Below are positions 44,292-53,477 of a stretch of 64,000 nucleotides of DNA, one piece after another. The translations under genes were made by a program, and so were the position numbers. Numbering within the stretch: the stretch's first letter is position 1; each line of letters opens with the position of its first letter. Source of the stretch: a virus; IMG/VR virus record IMGVR_UViG_3300027969_000082, positions 1 through 64,000 of that record; one strand, written 5' to 3'. The notes under the pieces were generated by a model. It ran no database searches. It was not told the DNA's origin and saw nothing but the letters and a program-made list of their open reading frames with translations.

Positions 44292-44842
44292 GTTTTATCA
44301 ACAATTGCGTGAGCAAACTCAAAAAAGGTAGTATAACGGGTCCAATTGGACCCGTTACCTATTTTAACAGGCATGGCTTTGACAGACGATGCAGCTAATA
44401 AATCTTTATCAAACGAACTAACAACAGGAATACTACTCCAATTGATTGATTGATTTTCAGTCGCCTTATGAAACATGCCTGGGTTAGGAACAACATATGG
44501 GTCGTCTTTGGTAATAGATGGGCACCAATAAATTCCAACTACTTTAACGCCTTGTGAATTTACAAATCTCTCAACAGCACCGTTTAGATTATTAAATGTT
44601 TCATAAGGTAATTGTCTTGATTTAAATTGATTAATGAACAGAATTGCTGAATAATTTTGTTCAGCTAGTAATTTTAATCCGGCCATTGCAGACTCTAAAA
44701 AATCAATCTTTCCAGAGTGAACATCTGTTGTATTAGGATCTACTAGTGCATTAAATGGAAACAATCCAATTATTTTAGATGGCGTAACAGTGGTATTGAT
44801 ACTTGTAGTTGGTGAGGTTAATATATGTCTAAAACGACTCAT
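44288..44842 (-). CDS. GmhB/HisB-like HAD-fold protein with degenerate catalytic motifs
   Basis: LFINQ, GIYWCP, PNPGMFHKA and DKDLLAA align to the GmhB-type pattern, but the DxD motif is replaced by FPFNA. Confidence 0.6.
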   Translation of the reverse strand: MSRFRHILTSPTTSINTTVTPSKIIGLFPFNALVDPNTTDVHSGKIDFLESAMAGLKLLAEQNYSAILFINQFKSRQLPYETFNNLNGAVERFVNSQGVKVVGIYWCPSITKDDPYVVPNPGMFHKATENQSINWSSIPVVSSFDKDLLAASSVKAMPVKIGNGSNWTRYTTFFEFAHAIVDKT

Positions 44843-44855
44843 GATAGTTTCCTTT

Positions 44856-44914
44856 TATTTAATTATGCCTGCAAACCAAGACCGGGCTCATGATGTGATA
44901 CACCTCGATAAGTA
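44856..44914. promoter_or_regulatory. Divergent late promoter cores (TAAATA minus strand 44856-44861; TAAGTA plus strand 44909-44914)
   Basis: Both point toward the flanking divergent genes; the TAAGTA variant also occurs at 61386. Confidence 0.5.
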
Positions 44915-44947
44915 ATGTACAGTTTTTAATAACTCATTAGGGACATT

Positions 44948-45877
44948 ATGCAAAAAACAGTTTTTATTAATGGTGGAGCAGGCAGAATGATATGTGCGCT
45001 GCCAGCACTTGAAAGATTTATCCAAGAAAATCCAGATGGCTATATTATAACAGAAGCAGGATTAGATTTTGTGTGGGGCAATCGTATATTGCAAGATCGA
45101 TCAATTGAAATTAATACTAAGGGACTTTTTGAAAATATTATACGAAAAAGTATAATTATTGCACCAGAACCGTATAGAGATTTTGATTATTATAATCAAA
45201 ATCTAAGTATAGCACAAACATTTGATAAACTTATTAATGGAAATGTTAGAGAAGGGTTCGATTATCGTCCAAACATCATTCTTAATAAAGAAGAAGAATT
45301 AAATGGCGTATCAGTAATAAAACATGCTAAGGACGAACATAAAAAAGAAAAAACTATTGTCATTCAACCGTTTGGTCGTAGTTCAACAAATGACGATAAT
45401 GTGGGAGTTGTTGTGGACTTTAGCACCCGAAGTTTGGAAATGAAAACGTATATGGCTATTGCAAAAGCACTTAGAGAACAGTATAATGTTATCAGCATGA
45501 CAGAATTTGCAATACCTGGGGACGACATTAGTATCAACCCTAAGCAACTAACTTTGCGTAAATGGGCGTCAATTATTGACCATGCAGATTATTTCATTGG
45601 TTGTGATAGTGTAGGACAACATCTTGCATATAGTATGCAAAAACCTGGTAGTGTAATACTAGGAAGTACATTTGCTGTTAATGTAAGCTATCCTAATTAT
45701 TTTAACATTATTGAAAAACAAGGCGTAGAAAAACGATACAGCCCAATTAGGATTTCAGAATTTGGGTGCTATGAAGCAGACAGAATAAACGACATGTTGT
45801 TAGAATTTAACGACGAAGAAACAGAGCAAGTCATAAAAAATATTATGACACACATTAAAAAAACAATTGGAGAATAA
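44948..45877 (+). CDS. GT9-like (heptosyltransferase-type, GT-B) glycosyltransferase
   Basis: N-terminal GGAGRMICALPAL, IVIQPFG, and C-terminal IDHADYFIGCDSVGQHLA....PGSVILGST typical of GT9. Confidence 0.7.
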   Translation: MQKTVFINGGAGRMICALPALERFIQENPDGYIITEAGLDFVWGNRILQDRSIEINTKGLFENIIRKSIIIAPEPYRDFDYYNQNLSIAQTFDKLINGNVREGFDYRPNIILNKEEELNGVSVIKHAKDEHKKEKTIVIQPFGRSSTNDDNVGVVVDFSTRSLEMKTYMAIAKALREQYNVISMTEFAIPGDDISINPKQLTLRKWASIIDHADYFIGCDSVGQHLAYSMQKPGSVILGSTFAVNVSYPNYFNIIEKQGVEKRYSPIRISEFGCYEADRINDMLLEFNDEETEQVIKNIMTHIKKTIGE

Positions 45878-45879
45878 GA

Positions 45880-47661
45880 ATGACACAATGGATTGCAGGT
45901 ATTACTCGAGGTCACAACGCAGCAACCTGTTTGCTTAAAGACGGCGAACTAATCTTCTATATTGAAGAGGAGCGACTAAGCCGTAGAAAATACGATGGTG
46001 GTCCATTAGCAGGTATGTTAAAAATTAAAGAATACACTGATAAAATTGACTATCTTGTAGTTGCCCATACGCAACCTCTTAAAGATGCCGGCAAGATTGA
46101 TTTTAGCGGTGATGACATGTATTCTGGTTTAGCCAGGAAACTAGGTCTTATTGAACAAAATTTTAAAGGTCCAGATCATCCACAAGTAATTGACCTTGGA
46201 ATGATACACCACGAGTTACATGCGGCCTGCGCATTTTATAATAGTGGATTTGAAACCGCCGCCTGTTTAATTGTTGACGGTGCTGGTACTTTTGTACCAC
46301 TAGGAGAAACTATTGGTTGGGAATTAGAAACAATTTTTAGTGCAAATTATCCAGCAAACTTTGCCACTAAGTATAAACATATAGGTCTGCGTGGCCCACA
46401 GGTAAGTTACGAAAAATTAAATTGCCCGCATGAAAACAGAGGTAAACCAGAAGATATACATGATGTAATGTTCACTGATCATCCTGGAATTACCAAATGT
46501 TACGAAGCAATGACTAACTATTGTGGTTTCAATTTTATTGAAGCTGGCAAAGCTATGGGTCTTGCACCATACGGTAAACCTAATGCAATGATTCCTCCTA
46601 TCTTTCTTGGTCCTGAAGGTAGACATTTAAGTAATAGGAACTTATTTGTTCCTAACTATCCAAATGGAGCACTTATTGATAAAACTAGTAATCCAATATT
46701 AGATAATGATAGTTTAGAAATGAAGCAGGATCTTGCATATGCTGTACAAGAAGCTACGCAAATGCAAATGGTTCGTTTAATTCTTGATGCAATTGAAAGA
46801 ACAGGTGAAAAGAATATTGTAATAGCAGGGGGCTACGGTCTAAATTGTGTTGCTAATTACGAGTATTTAAAACACTTGCCTGAAGGTGTAAACTTGTACG
46901 TTGAACCAATCAGCCATGATGGCGGTACCTGTATTGGTGCTGCAAAAATGATACATCATGATTTAAACACAGATAATACTGTTAGAAAACAAACTAGCAT
47001 TTATTACGGTCCTAACTATTTTGAAAAAAATGGCGGCTACGATATCAAACTAGCTGAATACGAAACTATTGAAGATGTTACTAAAGAAGATATTGTAGAC
47101 TTATTGTTACAAGAAAAAATTGTATGTATGTACCAAGGCCGTAGTGAAGCTGGTCCACGTGCATTAGGTAATCGAAGTATTTTGTTTAATCCTGCCGTTA
47201 AAAATGGTAAAGATATTGTAAATGGTGTTAAGCATCGTGAATGGTTCCGCCCGTTTGCAGGGACTATTTTAAAAGAAGCGGTACACGAGTGGTTTGATCT
47301 ACGAGGTATGGATGCAACTCCTCACATGATGTATGCTGTAGATTGTCAGCCAGGTGTTGTTGATAAGATCCCCAGCATCATTCACGTTGATGGTACATGC
47401 CGTATTCAGTCAGTGACTAGTGAAGAAAATTCACACTATTATGATTTAATTAGTAAATTTAATGATAAAACAGGAATACCTATCCTATTCAATACTAGCT
47501 TTAACTTGGGCGGTGAGCCACTAGTCGAAACAATTGAAGATGCATTACGTACATTAAGATTAAGTGATTTGGAATATTTGTATTTGCCAGAGATTGGTAA
47601 ACTAGTACATGTGCCTTATAATTTAAGTGAGGAGGAAGAAGATGGATGTGGTATGGTTTGA
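45880..47661 (+). CDS. O-carbamoyltransferase (NodU/CmcH/TobZ family)
   Basis: EEERLSRRKY, HHELHAACAF, VDGAG, GKAMGLAPYG, GGYGLNCVAN, GRSEAGPRALGNRS, REWFRPFA, HVDGTCRIQSV, NTSFN. Confidence 0.95.
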   Translation: MTQWIAGITRGHNAATCLLKDGELIFYIEEERLSRRKYDGGPLAGMLKIKEYTDKIDYLVVAHTQPLKDAGKIDFSGDDMYSGLARKLGLIEQNFKGPDHPQVIDLGMIHHELHAACAFYNSGFETAACLIVDGAGTFVPLGETIGWELETIFSANYPANFATKYKHIGLRGPQVSYEKLNCPHENRGKPEDIHDVMFTDHPGITKCYEAMTNYCGFNFIEAGKAMGLAPYGKPNAMIPPIFLGPEGRHLSNRNLFVPNYPNGALIDKTSNPILDNDSLEMKQDLAYAVQEATQMQMVRLILDAIERTGEKNIVIAGGYGLNCVANYEYLKHLPEGVNLYVEPISHDGGTCIGAAKMIHHDLNTDNTVRKQTSIYYGPNYFEKNGGYDIKLAEYETIEDVTKEDIVDLLLQEKIVCMYQGRSEAGPRALGNRSILFNPAVKNGKDIVNGVKHREWFRPFAGTILKEAVHEWFDLRGMDATPHMMYAVDCQPGVVDKIPSIIHVDGTCRIQSVTSEENSHYYDLISKFNDKTGIPILFNTSFNLGGEPLVETIEDALRTLRLSDLEYLYLPEIGKLVHVPYNLSEEEEDGCGMV

Positions 47662-48373
47662 GGGAGCAAAGCCCCTAACAAAATTTGCACCAGCATTTAA
47701 AGTTCCTATTGGGATTGGATTTGCCGGTTCATCTAGTTTGATTGATAGATTAAAAACATATATTTTTAAAATTGAAAAAGATATCATTGTCAACGAAGAA
47801 CTAGTATCAACAGTTCCAAAGTCTAAAGAAGATCCTTATCGGCATACGCAACAATGGAAACAACATAATCTTCTTGATGACGTTGCTGGTTTAGGGGGCG
47901 AGCACTTAGAAAGGTTTCCGTCGGATCCAGTAATAGAAGAATTGTTTACACTAGTAAGGACTAATTATTTAGAATTTCTTGCTAAACTAAACTATCCTAG
48001 AAAAAAAGTCTATATTCACGGGTGGGCCAACGTATTAAGAGATACAGAATGGATTAGCAAACATCGGCATATAACTACTGAAGAATCATATCTTGCCTGT
48101 ACATATTACCTAACCACAAACAATACTGCTTTGTTTTTTGAAAATCCATTAATTGGTGATACTACTGGTACTCCAACTGAAGAAAAGAAAATAGTATTTT
48201 TTCCTAGCTGGATTCCACACTGGAGTGATGCTGTAACTGACAATAGTATTAGAATTTCTCTAGCATTTGATATAGTAACTGAGAGTTGTACTATACGTAA
48301 TCCGTGGAGACCTCATAGACTTTTAGACGACCCGGACACTATGCCAGGATTAGAAGGTTTAAGAATCAAGTAA
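47642..48373 (+). CDS. Putative 2OG-Fe(II) oxygenase
   Basis: WANV...HRH...YLACTYYL...FFPSWIPH...RISLAFDI (HxH...H...RxS); start moved to ATG 47642 after GAGGAGG. Confidence 0.8.
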   Translation: MDVVWFEGAKPLTKFAPAFKVPIGIGFAGSSSLIDRLKTYIFKIEKDIIVNEELVSTVPKSKEDPYRHTQQWKQHNLLDDVAGLGGEHLERFPSDPVIEELFTLVRTNYLEFLAKLNYPRKKVYIHGWANVLRDTEWISKHRHITTEESYLACTYYLTTNNTALFFENPLIGDTTGTPTEEKKIVFFPSWIPHWSDAVTDNSIRISLAFDIVTESCTIRNPWRPHRLLDDPDTMPGLEGLRIK

Positions 48374-49167
48374 TGAACACTGTATGGATAATTGGAGATA
48401 GTTTTTCCTATGTAAATCCTCACGATCATAGCGATAAAATATGGACTACACAGATAGCAAACAGATTAGATTACACGTTGTATAATGAAAGTTTGCCTGG
48501 CACATCTCAAGACTGGGCATGGCGTCTAATAGCAAATTATCAAGATCGAATCACATCGGATGATCAGTTAATAATAACACTAACGCATCCTTCAAGATTT
48601 TGGTTTTTTGAAGATCGTCCTGATGCTGCAAATCATGATATACTAGATTTTGATAAAATAATTAATGACGATGAAAAAGTTAAGGCTGCTAGGTATTTTA
48701 TACAACATATACAAAGACCTGAATTAGACATACAACTAACAGATCATCGCATGGGTTGGCTCAGCTATCTTGTTGAAAAATATAAATGGAGGAAACCTAT
48801 AATTTTATTAGGATTCCCTCAACTAATATACCAAGATCTGTATCCTAACTTAATTTTCTCTAACGGAGCCTTGCTCCATATTAGCAAAAATGAATATTTA
48901 GGTAATATTGAACACAGAGGCAGAGATTGTAGGTACAATCATATGTGTTTAAGCAATCATACAATACTAGTAGATAAACTTGTAAATACACTTAAGACTG
49001 GCGCCGACTTGGATTTAACTAACGGATTCAACGAAAAAATTTATAGAAAAGAGTTGTTAGACAATGCAGATTTATCTAAAGATGAACTTAGCATTATTCA
49101 ACTTAGAGAATTTCAATCTATGAGCAAGGCAGAAGAAAGTTGGTTAACTAGATTTAAATCAAAGTAA
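48373..49167 (+). CDS. SGNH/GDSL-like hydrolase or acyltransferase
   Basis: IIGDSFS block I, N.SLPGTS block II, C-terminal RYNHM. Confidence 0.6.
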   Translation: MNTVWIIGDSFSYVNPHDHSDKIWTTQIANRLDYTLYNESLPGTSQDWAWRLIANYQDRITSDDQLIITLTHPSRFWFFEDRPDAANHDILDFDKIINDDEKVKAARYFIQHIQRPELDIQLTDHRMGWLSYLVEKYKWRKPIILLGFPQLIYQDLYPNLIFSNGALLHISKNEYLGNIEHRGRDCRYNHMCLSNHTILVDKLVNTLKTGADLDLTNGFNEKIYRKELLDNADLSKDELSIIQLREFQSMSKAEESWLTRFKSK

Positions 49168-49605
49168 ATCTGCTATCTCGTGAATAGTCTGGATTTTGTT
49201 TTGGATAATTTTATTCCTAAGACTTAGCTCAAGCCCTTTGTGTACAGGTTTTGGCAAACTCTCTAAATTAAACCAACCCCATGCAATGTGTTCGTTACTT
49301 AGTACTGGTATAAATTCGGCTTCTACTACACAAAAATACGTATGAAAATTAAAAAGACTATCGTTACTGACAAAGCGTTCAAGCGGTATAGTCTTTTTAA
49401 TATTGGGCATTGACCCTAATTCTTCCTCGATTTCTCTCTGTAAGCCCTGCCATGCTGACTCATTAGAATGATTAGTGCCACCAACTAGTCCCCAACGTCC
49501 GGCATGTTTACCTTCTGATTTCTGTATCAATAGAAATCGTTTTGTTGTCTGTGCGCAAATTAACGCACCTGAACAATCAATTATGTCATTATTAGAAGTT
49601 ATAAT
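49159..49605 (-). CDS. Nudix hydrolase (start uncertain, probably non-canonical)
   Basis: WGLVGGT....ESAWQGLQREIEEELG Nudix box; EHIAWGWF...LP.P.H.G; open frame extends upstream through IIDCSGALICAQTTKRFLL. Confidence 0.85.
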   Translation of the reverse strand: MITSNNDIIDCSGALICAQTTKRFLLIQKSEGKHAGRWGLVGGTNHSNESAWQGLQREIEEELGSMPNIKKTIPLERFVSNDSLFNFHTYFCVVEAEFIPVLSNEHIAWGWFNLESLPKPVHKGLELSLRNKIIQNKIQTIHEIADLL

Positions 49606-51182
49606 TCTAACCTCCAGCTGCCGCGGCGATAATCGCCATCAAAACTTTTCACCCAGTTAACTCCATTCCACTTGTATTGTACTAGTGTATAGATATTTGT
49701 CTGATAAATCAAGTTTTCTGAGTTTTCATCTGCTGAGAATATTACCCACCACTTGCTTCCGTCCCACTCAATAATATCATTTGCCTCTGCAATAAAGTCA
49801 GTACCGTCTGTATTTTTCCACGCATCTGGGCCATCTTCATTTAGATTCAACACGTAGGTAACTGTTCTACCTACTGGTATTGAGTTGGCTAATATAATAA
49901 CATAGAATCCGTCACGTTCTATTGGGCTCCCCTGACCAACTTCGACCCCATTAACAAATACACGGCAGTCATTTACTTTTGCAAACTCAACTGTAGTGTT
50001 AATTCTTTGAATTTTTAATCCTGTGGTAAATGTATCTCTAACACCACCGCCAATATTATCAATGATTAGATATCTAGTTCCGGGTACTAGGTTAGTTGGA
50101 CCAGTAGTTGTGGGATCAATTACTGCATCAAAACTTCCTCGCTGTCCTTCTGGTCTAGCCGGACCTACGATCATGTCATTTGTTGGAAAAGTATCATCGT
50201 CCCAGTTAACCACCATCTCAGACCCGTCTAACGGATTTATACTTAGATAACCTACTACTTCACTACCGTCGGGTTGTAACAAATAAATCTTTGCTAGTCC
50301 AGCAGTATATTTGCCTGGGTGTGATTGTAGGATCACATTCCAATTTAACCAAACTCCGGGCTGTTTGCTACTTACTAGTTTGATTTTTCCTTCTGATACA
50401 ATGATGTCAAAATCACCTAATGTGGCATTTGTGCTAGCAATTGAATTTGCAGGGTATGACTGTCCTGCATCAACATACACACCTAACCCGTCAATGTATG
50501 AGTCACTCATACCAGAACTATCAAAAGTACTCGAAATAATATTAGTAACGACTCCTAACTTTTTAACCTTTGCAGGAGGAGTAATCCATATAGGAGTAGT
50601 AAGTGTTAGCGTAGCAACATCAATTTGTGTAGAAGTGCCCATTGGAACTGTACGACTAGTAAAACTAACGTCACCAAGGTCAACAACTGTTAACGAAGTC
50701 CAGTCTACAAAATTGTCAGTAGTTTGTATTTCTAAACTTGGATTAAACAACACTAGGATTTGTTCAAGAATTTGTAATTTTTGTTCAGTGCTAGTTGACC
50801 ATATATCAGCCTTAACTGATAACTTAAACGGAGTTGGCATTAAGCGTTCAACTGTGTAGTTTTGTCCTTGCGTACTAGTGTATGCACCAGTCTCTGGATC
50901 AATATCACGTTCACGAATATGCATCTTACTGACTAAGGTTGCATCTCCTAGTCGAGTATTATCAAGGTCAAGATCAGTAATGTATATTGAAATTCTTGGA
51001 GCACTTTGTAGAGTATTTTCCGAGTTTTGATTAATAATTGTTGCCGCTTGACGATCTTGATCGCCGTACATAACTGGAACACGTACTAGTGTACCGTCTC
51101 CATATCTAACTACAAAATTACTTAGGAGTCTAACTATTTGTAATAAGTATCGGCGTATTTGCCCATCATAAAAATATTGCAT
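49599..51182 (-). CDS. gp15: Tail completion/sheath stabiliser (T4 gp15-like) with C-terminal extension
   Basis: YFYDGQIRRY...RVPVMYG...PRISI...MPTPFKL...QKLQILEQILVLFNP; adjacent to neck genes. Confidence 0.7.
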   Translation of the reverse strand: MQYFYDGQIRRYLLQIVRLLSNFVVRYGDGTLVRVPVMYGDQDRQAATIINQNSENTLQSAPRISIYITDLDLDNTRLGDATLVSKMHIRERDIDPETGAYTSTQGQNYTVERLMPTPFKLSVKADIWSTSTEQKLQILEQILVLFNPSLEIQTTDNFVDWTSLTVVDLGDVSFTSRTVPMGTSTQIDVATLTLTTPIWITPPAKVKKLGVVTNIISSTFDSSGMSDSYIDGLGVYVDAGQSYPANSIASTNATLGDFDIIVSEGKIKLVSSKQPGVWLNWNVILQSHPGKYTAGLAKIYLLQPDGSEVVGYLSINPLDGSEMVVNWDDDTFPTNDMIVGPARPEGQRGSFDAVIDPTTTGPTNLVPGTRYLIIDNIGGGVRDTFTTGLKIQRINTTVEFAKVNDCRVFVNGVEVGQGSPIERDGFYVIILANSIPVGRTVTYVLNLNEDGPDAWKNTDGTDFIAEANDIIEWDGSKWWVIFSADENSENLIYQTNIYTLVQYKWNGVNWVKSFDGDYRRGSWRLEL

Positions 51183-52483
51183 TATAAGTCTGCCTTAGGT
51201 TTAAGTGCCTTGCTTAATGCTTGACGTTCTGCAACATCTTCACCGGCAATGTTATCAGTTGCTGTATTATTAATGAATCCAGTTCTGAAAGTTTGTCGAG
51301 TATCAGTATTTGACAAGGTAGTGCGAATTGCATCTTCACGTTTAACCCAACGCTTTCCGTCATATCTAAAAAGTCTATTAGGTAAAAAGTCAGTCCTTAA
51401 GAAGAAGTCGCCATCAATTGCTCCTGCAGGAAAAGCGATGCCGTGACCAAAATCAACACCATTAGTGGGGATACCGTCACCTAGTAAGTATCCACTGTAG
51501 CCAGATCTATTTGGTCTATCTGCAATTCTACTTGCATCCAAATGTGTACTAGATGCATCTGGGGGTGCTGTTGCATCGTCAACTGTTAGTAAAGTAGGAT
51601 TACCAAACTCGTCAGCAGATAGTGAATAAAATTGTTGTGTTTCATAACCACTCTTCGGAGCATTAGCTTCTGCTTGCGCAAGAATAGCATCATTAATTTC
51701 AAGACTTTTAGTTTGAGTACTTAATATACTTTGTAATGTTGCACCGGAATATACACTAAAATAAGTTGCATTAGGTGGCTCATTACCTGTAGTAGTTGCA
51801 GTAACTTGATACAATGTACCTTGATAACGTACAATTTCACCGGCAGTATAAGTTGCCGCTGGGTCATAATCGCCTGTAAAATTAGCATCTTTATTTGTGG
51901 GAATATTAAGAATGTCAGCATACTGTTGTTGATCAGCAATCTTTCCTAATTTTAATCTGTATAAGTGCGGATACCATGTGCGACTAAAACCCTCAGCAGC
52001 ACGACCTACTTCGCTAACAACAAAGAATCTTGGTAATGCTTGGTCAGCATCGTTAAGTGCAAATTCATCTCGTAAATGTGGAAGCTCTACAACGTCACCT
52101 GCTAATGGCTTACGCCCTACTAGTTTGATAAAATCATTAATATGCACAGTCATAAAAACTGTGTCATTATCAATAAACAAGCCAAACTGACTTAGGTTAA
52201 AGTCAATGTCAGATACATTATAAACACCACGTACTGTGTATATTGAGCTGTCGTATTTCCTATCACGATTTTCAAGGAATAACAAGTCCTGTATATTTGT
52301 TTCTTTTACAGCATCGTACATGGGCATATCCGCAGTACTTTCACCTGTTAACGGATTTTTAGGACCCAGGTATTTGTGCAGATATAAGTCAGTACCGCCC
52401 ACCTGAAACATTTCAGATATGCTGCGATCGTGAAATTTGTAATCGTTGCCTTTCTCGGGCTTGTAAAGGGATAAACGTGGCAT
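51182..52483 (-). CDS. gp14: Neck protein (T4 gp14-like) with CBM5/12-like insertion
   Basis: LLFLENRDRKYD...LSQFGLFI..D...P.AGDVVELP; start at MPRLSL (ATG 52483) just after a TAAATA box. Confidence 0.6.
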   Translation of the reverse strand: MPRLSLYKPEKGNDYKFHDRSISEMFQVGGTDLYLHKYLGPKNPLTGESTADMPMYDAVKETNIQDLLFLENRDRKYDSSIYTVRGVYNVSDIDFNLSQFGLFIDNDTVFMTVHINDFIKLVGRKPLAGDVVELPHLRDEFALNDADQALPRFFVVSEVGRAAEGFSRTWYPHLYRLKLGKIADQQQYADILNIPTNKDANFTGDYDPAATYTAGEIVRYQGTLYQVTATTTGNEPPNATYFSVYSGATLQSILSTQTKSLEINDAILAQAEANAPKSGYETQQFYSLSADEFGNPTLLTVDDATAPPDASSTHLDASRIADRPNRSGYSGYLLGDGIPTNGVDFGHGIAFPAGAIDGDFFLRTDFLPNRLFRYDGKRWVKREDAIRTTLSNTDTRQTFRTGFINNTATDNIAGEDVAERQALSKALKPKADL

Positions 52484-52490
52484 AGTACAA

Positions 52491-52506
52491 TATTTAGCGA
52501 TAAATA
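52491..52506. promoter_or_regulatory. Back-to-back divergent late promoters
   Basis: TATTTA-GCGA-TAAATA: one core on each strand, 4 bp apart. Confidence 0.7.
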
Positions 52507-52521
52507 ACATGGGAGATACAA

Positions 52522-53283
52522 ATGTCAGACAATCCACAACAGGTTAAACAGCAAGTTTTTGATTATTGCCGCGCTATGCTAGGTGACGGCATGATTGACG
52601 TTGAGCTTGATCCAATTCATTATGAAACAGCGTTAGATCGTGCATTAACACGATTCCGCCAACGTAGTCCGAATGCAGTAGAAGAAAGCTACAGTTTTTT
52701 AACCCTTGAGAAAGACAAAAATGATTACATACTTCCTGCAGAAATTATTAATGTTCAGTCTGTTTTTAGAAGAACACTGGGATCAAGAACTGGAGGAGGA
52801 ACTGGTACAAACTTTGAACCTTTCAATCTTGCGTACACTAATACGTATCTCTTAAACTCAACAATGATGGGTGGCATTGCTACATACTTTATGTTTGCCA
52901 GCTATCAAGAAATGATAGGTAAAATGTTTGGGGCCTATATTGAGTTTCAATGGATCCCATCTAGCCGTACTATTAGAATACTACAACGTCCATTTAGTGA
53001 AGGCGAAGTAATCGGCCTGCGTACTCAGAATTTTAGACCTGACTATCTTATCATTGAAGACATATATGCTAAACAATGGATACGTGATTATACTCTAGCT
53101 AACTGTAAGATTATGTTAGGCGAAGCACGTAGCAAGTTTCAAAGTATCGCTGGCCCGCAGGGAGGCGGCAGTTTAAACGGTAATGATTTAAAATCAGCAG
53201 GTAAAGAAGAACTAACGGCACTAGATAAAGAATTAGAAACCTTAATCAGTGGTGGAACTGGCTATACATTTGTTATTGGTTAA
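52522..53283 (+). CDS. gp13: Neck protein (T4 gp13-like)
   Basis: YCRAMLGDGMIDVEL...ALDRAL...WIRDYTLANCKIMLGEARSKF..IAGPQGGGSLNG. Confidence 0.8.
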   Translation: MSDNPQQVKQQVFDYCRAMLGDGMIDVELDPIHYETALDRALTRFRQRSPNAVEESYSFLTLEKDKNDYILPAEIINVQSVFRRTLGSRTGGGTGTNFEPFNLAYTNTYLLNSTMMGGIATYFMFASYQEMIGKMFGAYIEFQWIPSSRTIRILQRPFSEGEVIGLRTQNFRPDYLIIEDIYAKQWIRDYTLANCKIMLGEARSKFQSIAGPQGGGSLNGNDLKSAGKEELTALDKELETLISGGTGYTFVIG

Positions 53284-53285
53284 CT

Positions 53286-53477
53286 ATGCGAGTAACTGAA
53301 ATTATTGCTGAAAATTTTGCTGACGGTCGCAACCCACAAGATAAAGGCGACGCTAAACGTCACGGTATTAATACTAAGGCTAGTGTGAGTAGTCTACGTA
53401 AAACAGCCAAGCAAGGCGGACGTAAGGGACAATTAGCCCATTGGTTAGCTAATATGAAAGCAGGAAGAGCAAAATGA
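53286..53477 (+). CDS. Small basic protein, putative internal head protein
   Basis: 63 aa; N-terminus MRVTEIIAE. Confidence 0.6.
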   Translation: MRVTEIIAENFADGRNPQDKGDAKRHGINTKASVSSLRKTAKQGGRKGQLAHWLANMKAGRAK

